A DNA stretch of 24,000 bases from Bacteroidota bacterium. GTDB taxonomy: Bacteria; Bacteroidota; Bacteroidia; Flavobacteriales; Flavobacteriaceae. Shown here piece after piece: positions 19,125 through 24,000 of this stretch; the first letter of the stretch is position 1; each line of letters begins with the position of its first letter. A program made the position numbers and the translations under genes. The stretch lies in NCBI GenBank assembly GCA_043769905.1, contig JAYVIW010000080.1:41942-65941 (forward strand). The letters are read 5' to 3'. The notes under the pieces are model-generated. The model did no database searches, was not told the origin of the DNA, and saw only the letters and a list, made by a program, of their open reading frames with translations.

Positions 19125-19139
19125 GTGACCACGGTGGGA
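19125..19139 (+). repeat. tRNA-proximal att direct repeat copy (15 bp)
   Basis: GTGACCACGGTGGGA, identical to 11452..11466, overlapping the tRNA-Leu 3' end. Confidence 0.85.
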
Positions 19140-19208
19140 TTTGAACCCACACGCCCTTACGAGCACCAGCCCCTCAAGCTGGCAAGTCTACCGTTTCTCC
19201 ACGTGGCC
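19126..19208 (-). tRNA. tRNA-Leu (anticodon GAG), no encoded CCA
   Basis: GGCCACG/CGTGGTC acceptor, CCAGC-TTGAGGG-GCTGG anticodon arm, GTGGG-TTCAAAT-CCCAC T arm, long variable arm. Confidence 0.93.
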
Positions 19209-19227
19209 GAGACTTTAAACATAAAAA

Positions 19228-19253
19228 AAAAGTCATTCATTACGAACGACTTT
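19228..19253 (-). terminator. Hairpin plus T run between tRNA-Lys and tRNA-Leu
   Basis: Minus strand AAGTCGTTC-gtaat-GAATGACTT (one G-U) followed by TTTTTTT. Confidence 0.55.
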
Positions 19254-19254
19254 G

Positions 19255-19327
19255 TGACCCGACTGGGGCTCGAACCCAGGACCCCATCATTAAAAGTGAT
19301 GTGCTCTACCGACTGAGCTATCGAGTC
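19255..19327 (-). tRNA. tRNA-Lys (anticodon TTT)
   Basis: GACTCGA/TCGGGTC acceptor, GCTC/GAGC D arm, CATCA-CTTTTAA-TGATG anticodon arm, CTGGG-TTCGAGC-CCCAG T arm. Confidence 0.95.
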
Positions 19328-19454
19328 TTTATATGTTTTTAAATGCGAGTGCAAATATAAGAAGTTTATTTTATTAATTCAAAGGTATTTTATTTTAAAT
19401 TTGTATTTTTTTATATTGATTGGTTAACATCCTAATTTATAATATTTTATTGAC

Positions 19455-19973
19455 ATGAGCAAAGTAGTTTTAATGGGTTATATGGGTTCGGGAAAGTCAA
19501 TTATTGGACAATTATTGTCAGAAAAAACTGGAATTTCATTCATAGATTTAGATAATTTTATCGAGTTGAAAGAAACAATAACCATAAAATCAATCTTTGA
19601 AAACAAAGGCGAAATTTATTTCAGAAAAATTGAACACCAATATTTTAAAGAATTATTACAATCCGACCAACATTTTATTTTGAGTACCGGTGGCGGTACA
19701 ATTTGTTATGCCAGTAATCATGAATTACTCAATAATAATGAAATAATTTCAATTTACTTGAACGCTTCAATCGATACCTTATATGACAGGTTAGTTGTCG
19801 AAAAAACAAAACGACCAATTATTGCTGAAAAATCTGAAATCGAAATGAGAGATTTTATTGCCAAACACTTGTTTGACCGCAACTACTATTACAACCAAGC
19901 CAAATTTAAAATTAATGTTAACAACAAATCTATTCAAGAAATTGTAATAGAAATAGAAAAAATATTAGCTTAA
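19455..19973 (+). CDS. aroK: Shikimate kinase
   Basis: GYMGSGKSIIGQLLSEKTGISFIDLDNFIE and ILSTGGGT. Confidence 0.93.
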   Translation: MSKVVLMGYMGSGKSIIGQLLSEKTGISFIDLDNFIELKETITIKSIFENKGEIYFRKIEHQYFKELLQSDQHFILSTGGGTICYASNHELLNNNEIISIYLNASIDTLYDRLVVEKTKRPIIAEKSEIEMRDFIAKHLFDRNYYYNQAKFKINVNNKSIQEIVIEIEKILA

Positions 19974-20462
19974 AAAAGCGTGATTGTTATTGTCTTCAAA
20001 AACCACATTGACATGTTCTAGCAATGATGTTGACAACGAAATACCTTTAAAATCAGCTTTTACAGGATATTTTTTATGGTTTCGATCTACCAAAACTGCT
20101 GTTTTGAATTTTTTTAAATCAACTTCCAAAAAATGTTTAACCCCATAGACCAAGGTTGTACCAGAATTGAGTACATCATCGACCAAAACCAAGTTTTTAT
20201 TTTGGTAATCTTTGGCATCGATTGATGTTAAGATGGTTGCTTTTGGATTATTTTTATCAATAAAAACCTCGCATAAAGTCGCTTTTATCGGAGATATTTG
20301 TTCTAAAACAACTGCTATTTTCTTGGCAAATAAAAATCCGTTATTGGCAATTCCTGCAATAATTATATCATTTTCATTAGAAAAGGTTTCATATATTTGA
20401 AAAGCAATTCTTTTTATTTTGTGTTCAATTTCTTGATGATTGAGTATAATATTTTTCGACAT
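19965..20462 (-). CDS. Phosphoribosyltransferase family protein (PyrR-like)
   Basis: PRPP motif VLVDDVLNSGTTLVYGV; MSKNII start at 20462 preferred over the track start. Confidence 0.88.
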   Translation of the reverse strand: MSKNIILNHQEIEHKIKRIAFQIYETFSNENDIIIAGIANNGFLFAKKIAVVLEQISPIKATLCEVFIDKNNPKATILTSIDAKDYQNKNLVLVDDVLNSGTTLVYGVKHFLEVDLKKFKTAVLVDRNHKKYPVKADFKGISLSTSLLEHVNVVFEDNNNHAFLS

Positions 20463-20490
20463 AATTTTTCTTAATTTAATAAATAATTTT

Positions 20491-20880
20491 TTAATCTTCA
20501 AGCTCTAAATTTCCTTCTTCGGTATAACCATCAATATCTCGACGGTCCTTTTTTGTCGGTCGTCCATCACCATTTTTTCTATAATGCTCTTTTGATAATT
20601 TCATGAGCTCCAGATGCTGATAAACCTCCGCTGGCGTTTCATTTTTGCAATATATTTCGACTAATTTGGCACCTACACGATTTTCGGGCACGTCGACCAC
20701 TAAAATATTTTGAGTAATTTGGTCTTTTCTAAAAGTTATTTTATCGGTCGCAAAAACCTCTTTTGAGGGTTTAGCCACCAATCCGTTCACGGTTATATGG
20801 TTTTTTTTGCAGGCCTCGGTTACCATGTTTCGGGTTTTATAAAACCGCACGCACCACAAATATTTATCTACTCTCATAGT
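20491..20880 (-). CDS. S4-domain RNA-binding protein, Hsp15-like
   Basis: MRVDKYLWCVRFYKTRNMVTEACKKNHITVNG; ATG at 20880 preferred. Confidence 0.88.
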   Translation of the reverse strand, partial: TMRVDKYLWCVRFYKTRNMVTEACKKNHITVNGLVAKPSKEVFATDKITFRKDQITQNILVVDVPENRVGAKLVEIYCKNETPAEVYQHLELMKLSKEHYRKNGDGRPTKKDRRDIDGYTEEGNLELED

Positions 20881-20957
20881 ATTTTCAAAAATCAACGTTA
20901 AAATCTTTACAAAAATAAATCAATATTGTATCTTGCGAGCTTAAATTTCAATAAATA

Positions 20958-21950
20958 ATGAATAAATTTTTCAAAGTATTTTTTTTAATTGCATTATCAG
21001 TCATAATTACAAATTGCGAAGACGACGAGGAAGCATCTGTATCAACATTTGCAACCATTGATTTTGACGAACAATATAATACCGATCAAGCCAAAATAGT
21101 AACTTATCTCAAAACACATTCGATTACTTTTGATGCCGATATGAATCCTACTTACGCGGACGTACCGTTGCTAGACGCATCTTCGCTTTGGGGAACCAAT
21201 CCTACTGTTCATGGTTTAAAAATATTAGAAAGAGAAGTAATCTTTAACAGCAAATCATACGTGATTTATTTTGTTCAAGGAAATAAAGGCAGCGGGCAAC
21301 AGCCATGCAATGTTGATCAAGTTATGTGCAGCTATAGTGGAAAAATTTTAGATACCGATGTTGTTTTTGATTATAGCAATAACCAGCAAACAGCTTTTTT
21401 ATTATCAAATGTTGTTCGAGGTTGGGGCGAAATTTTTCCTCAATTCATGACCGCTGGTTCGTCATCAATAGCAGCAAACGGATCAATCAATTATAATGAT
21501 TTTGGGGCAGGAGTAATGTTTTTGCCTTCAGGATTTGCTTATTTCAATCAAACGCCATCTGCTTTAATTCCAAGTTATTCAACATTAATTTTTAGTTTTA
21601 AATTATTTAATTTAAAAAGAATGGATCAAGATGGCGACGGAATTTTATCTGTAGATGAAGATATAATCAAGGATTATTATATCACATCAGCAGATGACAC
21701 TGACGGTGACGGAATTGTAGATGCTGCAGATACTGACGATGACGGCGACAGAGTTTTTACCATCATTGAAAATCGTAGACCTGGTGTATTGGACGTTAAT
21801 GGAAAATTCACACAATATCCTTTTCAAGGTACAATACTTGATGATCCGTTGACAACAAATATTGATGAAACCCAAGGTGTACCAGATTGTTCTGGAAATT
21901 ATACCTCAACTACTCGAAAAAGAAAATATCTTGATGCTAGTTGTCAATAA
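20958..21950 (+). CDS. FKBP-type peptidyl-prolyl isomerase-like lipoprotein with Ca-binding DxDGD repeats
   Basis: Lipobox LSVIITNC; VRGWGEIFPQF, FLPSGFAYF, IPSYSTLIFSFKL; DQDGDGILSVDED, DTDGDGIVDAADTDDDGD. Confidence 0.75.
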   Translation: MNKFFKVFFLIALSVIITNCEDDEEASVSTFATIDFDEQYNTDQAKIVTYLKTHSITFDADMNPTYADVPLLDASSLWGTNPTVHGLKILEREVIFNSKSYVIYFVQGNKGSGQQPCNVDQVMCSYSGKILDTDVVFDYSNNQQTAFLLSNVVRGWGEIFPQFMTAGSSSIAANGSINYNDFGAGVMFLPSGFAYFNQTPSALIPSYSTLIFSFKLFNLKRMDQDGDGILSVDEDIIKDYYITSADDTDGDGIVDAADTDDDGDRVFTIIENRRPGVLDVNGKFTQYPFQGTILDDPLTTNIDETQGVPDCSGNYTSTTRKRKYLDASCQ

Positions 21951-21972
21951 AAAAGCAATTCAAAAACACAAA

Positions 21973-22006
21973 AAAACCGTTTAAACATTTTGTCTAAACG
22001 GTTTTT
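21973..22006. terminator. Bidirectional terminator between the FKBP-like gene and transketolase
   Basis: AAAACCGTTTA ... TAAACGGTTTTT hairpin with A and T flanks. Confidence 0.8.
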
Positions 22007-22062
22007 CTTTGAAATAACTTTGTCAAAACTTAATTTACTTTAACAATTAACAAATTTTAAAA

Positions 22063-23952
22063 TTATTTTCTTTTCACAACTCTTTCAACTGCCTCGACAA
22101 TTGCTTGGTTATTTAATTTATATTTTTCCATTAACAATTCTGGCGTTCCACTTTCGCCAAAACTGTCGTTTACGGCTACAAATTCTTGAGGTGCTGGTTG
22201 GTTCAAGCTTAAAACTCTGGCTACACTTTCGCCTAATCCCCCAAGAATGTTGTGTTCTTCGGCAGTAACAACACATCTGGTTTTGGCCAATGAATTCAAT
22301 ATTGCTGTTTGGTCTAATGGTTTGATAGTATGAATATTCAAAACTTCGGCAGAAATGCCTTTGGCTTCAAGTTTTTCGGCAGCAATTAAGGCCTCCCAAA
22401 CCAAATGCCCAGTAGCCAAAATAGTAACATCAGTTCCAGATTTTAGTAAAATAGCTTTCCCTATTTCAAATTTCTGATCAATAGGCATAAAGTTAGGCAC
22501 AACTGGGCGACCAAAACGCAAATAAACTGGTCCTTGGTGGTCCGCTATTGCAAGAGTTGCCGCTTTTGTTTGATTATAATCACAAGTATTGATAACCGTC
22601 ATGCCTGGCAACATTTTCATTAGCCCAATATCTTCAAGAATTTGGTGCGTCGCACCATCTTCACCCAAAGTCAATCCTGCGTGCGAGGCACATATTTTGA
22701 CATTTTTATCAGAGTAAGCAACCGATTGACGAATTTGATCATAAACACGACCAGTTGAAAAGTTAGCAAATGTACCTGTAAACGGAATTTTATTTCCAAT
22801 CGTTAATCCAGCTGCAATTCCAATCATATTTGCCTCGGCAATACCGATTTGAAAGAAACGTTCTGGATGGTTTTTCTTAAAATCATCAAATTTTAATGAA
22901 CCTATTAAGTCGGCACAAAGCGCTACAACATTTGGGTTGGTTTCACCCAACTCTGTCATACCAGCACCAAAACCTGATCGGGTGTCTTTACTACCAGTAT
23001 TCATGCTTTGAACACCTGCTTCAGGAATTTTAAATAAAAATTCTGAAGTTGTGCTTTTTGTATTTGTTGTATGTTGATGATTGCCACCTTTTGGAGCAAT
23101 TAATTTGTAATCGCCTAAAGTCTCTAGGTTTTGAGATAAGGCATTTTCAAGTTGTGCATCGTTTGGTGCTTTCCCGTGCCATGCGTGGCTGTACATCATG
23201 TAGTCAACGCCATTGCCCATTTCAGTATGGAGTAACACGCAAACTGGTTTTCCGTTTCGAGTTTTAGATTTTGCATCGTTCATTCCAGAAATTATTGCTT
23301 CAATATCATTTCCCTTTATAATGTCAATAACTATCCAATCAAACGCTTCGAATTTGGCACGAATACTTCCCATATTCAAAACCTCATCTGTTGTTCCATC
23401 AATTTGTTTGCCATTTAAGTCAATTGTCGCTATAAGATTGTCAACACCTTTTGCTGACGCATACATTATTGCTTCCCAATTTTGACCTTCTTGCAATTCG
23501 CCGTCACCATGAAGCGTATATATTAGATGGTTACAATTGTTCAATTTTTTGGCTTGAGCTGCACCAATTGCAACAGACATTCCTTGACCTAAAGAACCAG
23601 AAGCAATTCGTACACCTGGCAAATTGTCGTGGGTTGTTGGGTGCCCTTGCAAACGAGTATTAAGCAACCTAAATGTTGATAATTCGTCAATTGGAAAATA
23701 ACCACTTCTTGCCAAAACACTATACAAAACAGGGGAGATATGACCATTTGACAAAAAGAAAACGTCTTCGCCAATCCCGTTCATTTCAAAACCTGGTTTT
23801 CTGTCCATTAAGTTTTGATAAAGTGTTACCAAAAATTCTGCACATCCAAGCGAACCGCCTGGATGACCTGAATTGACTGCGTGCACCATCCGAAGAATAT
23901 CTCGACGAACTTGAGTTGTAAAATCTTGTAGTTGTTGTGTGTTTGGTTTCAT
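22063..23952 (-). CDS. tkt: Transketolase, full length in one ORF
   Basis: NSGHPGGSLGCAEF, HGDGELQEGQNWEA, and C-terminal KDTRSGFGAGMTELG, GLTLGEDGATHQ, RFGRP; MKPNTQQ start at 23952. Confidence 0.93.
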   Translation of the reverse strand: MKPNTQQLQDFTTQVRRDILRMVHAVNSGHPGGSLGCAEFLVTLYQNLMDRKPGFEMNGIGEDVFFLSNGHISPVLYSVLARSGYFPIDELSTFRLLNTRLQGHPTTHDNLPGVRIASGSLGQGMSVAIGAAQAKKLNNCNHLIYTLHGDGELQEGQNWEAIMYASAKGVDNLIATIDLNGKQIDGTTDEVLNMGSIRAKFEAFDWIVIDIIKGNDIEAIISGMNDAKSKTRNGKPVCVLLHTEMGNGVDYMMYSHAWHGKAPNDAQLENALSQNLETLGDYKLIAPKGGNHQHTTNTKSTTSEFLFKIPEAGVQSMNTGSKDTRSGFGAGMTELGETNPNVVALCADLIGSLKFDDFKKNHPERFFQIGIAEANMIGIAAGLTIGNKIPFTGTFANFSTGRVYDQIRQSVAYSDKNVKICASHAGLTLGEDGATHQILEDIGLMKMLPGMTVINTCDYNQTKAATLAIADHQGPVYLRFGRPVVPNFMPIDQKFEIGKAILLKSGTDVTILATGHLVWEALIAAEKLEAKGISAEVLNIHTIKPLDQTAILNSLAKTRCVVTAEEHNILGGLGESVARVLSLNQPAPQEFVAVNDSFGESGTPELLMEKYKLNNQAIVEAVERVVKRK

Positions 23953-24000
23953 TCTATTTTTTTGAAATATTTGATTTTTGCAAAGATACTTTTTAGACAT

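Larger units (their letters stand above)
11452..19139 (+). mobile_element. tRNA-Leu(GAG)-integrated genetic element, about 7.7 kb, tyrosine-integrase type
   Basis: 15-bp direct repeat GTGACCACGGTGGGA at both ends; one copy is the 3' end of the intact tRNA-Leu. Integrase gene starts 193 nt inside the distal repeat; the interior is accessory ORFs while both flanks are core genes. Confidence 0.87.

Noticed and set aside
19125-19316. Plus-strand ORF VGFEPTRPYEHQPLKLASLPFLHVAE... from the track
   Set aside because: It is an antisense translation of the tRNA-Leu and tRNA-Lys genes, a common spurious annotation.
19157-19354. Minus-strand ORF MHSHLKTYKDSIAQSVEHITFNDGVLGSSPSRV...
   Set aside because: Translation through the tRNA genes in the sense direction; not a real protein.
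21550-21780. Repeated GATGGCGA-type DNA as a repeat element
   Set aside because: It encodes DxDGD calcium-binding-like repeats in the lipoprotein; an ordinary coding repeat.
1-24000. CRISPR array, diversity-generating retroelement or retron
   Set aside because: No regularly spaced repeats and no reverse transcriptase motif (xxDD) in any listed ORF.

Overview
This is an AT-rich Bacteroidota (Flavobacteriaceae-like) chromosomal segment. The housekeeping genes are ffh, folD, rluF, a MATE transporter, an SPFH protein, an S41 peptidase, an ECF-sigma/DUF4252 cluster, aroK, a PRTase, an S4-domain protein, an FKBP-like lipoprotein and a transketolase. The main accessory feature is a compact integrated element of about 7.7 kb (11452..19139). 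It sits in the 3' end of a tRNA-Leu(GAG) gene and is bounded by a 15-bp direct repeat, GTGACCACGGTGGGA. It encodes a tyrosine integrase, a small protein resembling a PBECR/barnase-EndoU-like nuclease directly behind the integrase, a hypothetical protein, a HTH (excisionase-like) protein translationally coupled to a putative G2P/gene II-like replication protein, an XRE regulator, and an uncharacterised five-gene leftward cargo operon. That operon includes a 58-aa membrane-type ORF missing from the supplied ORF track. The element appears to have separated the tRNA from its original terminator and supplies a strong replacement hairpin. All family assignments are from reading the sequence and recall; no database search was run.
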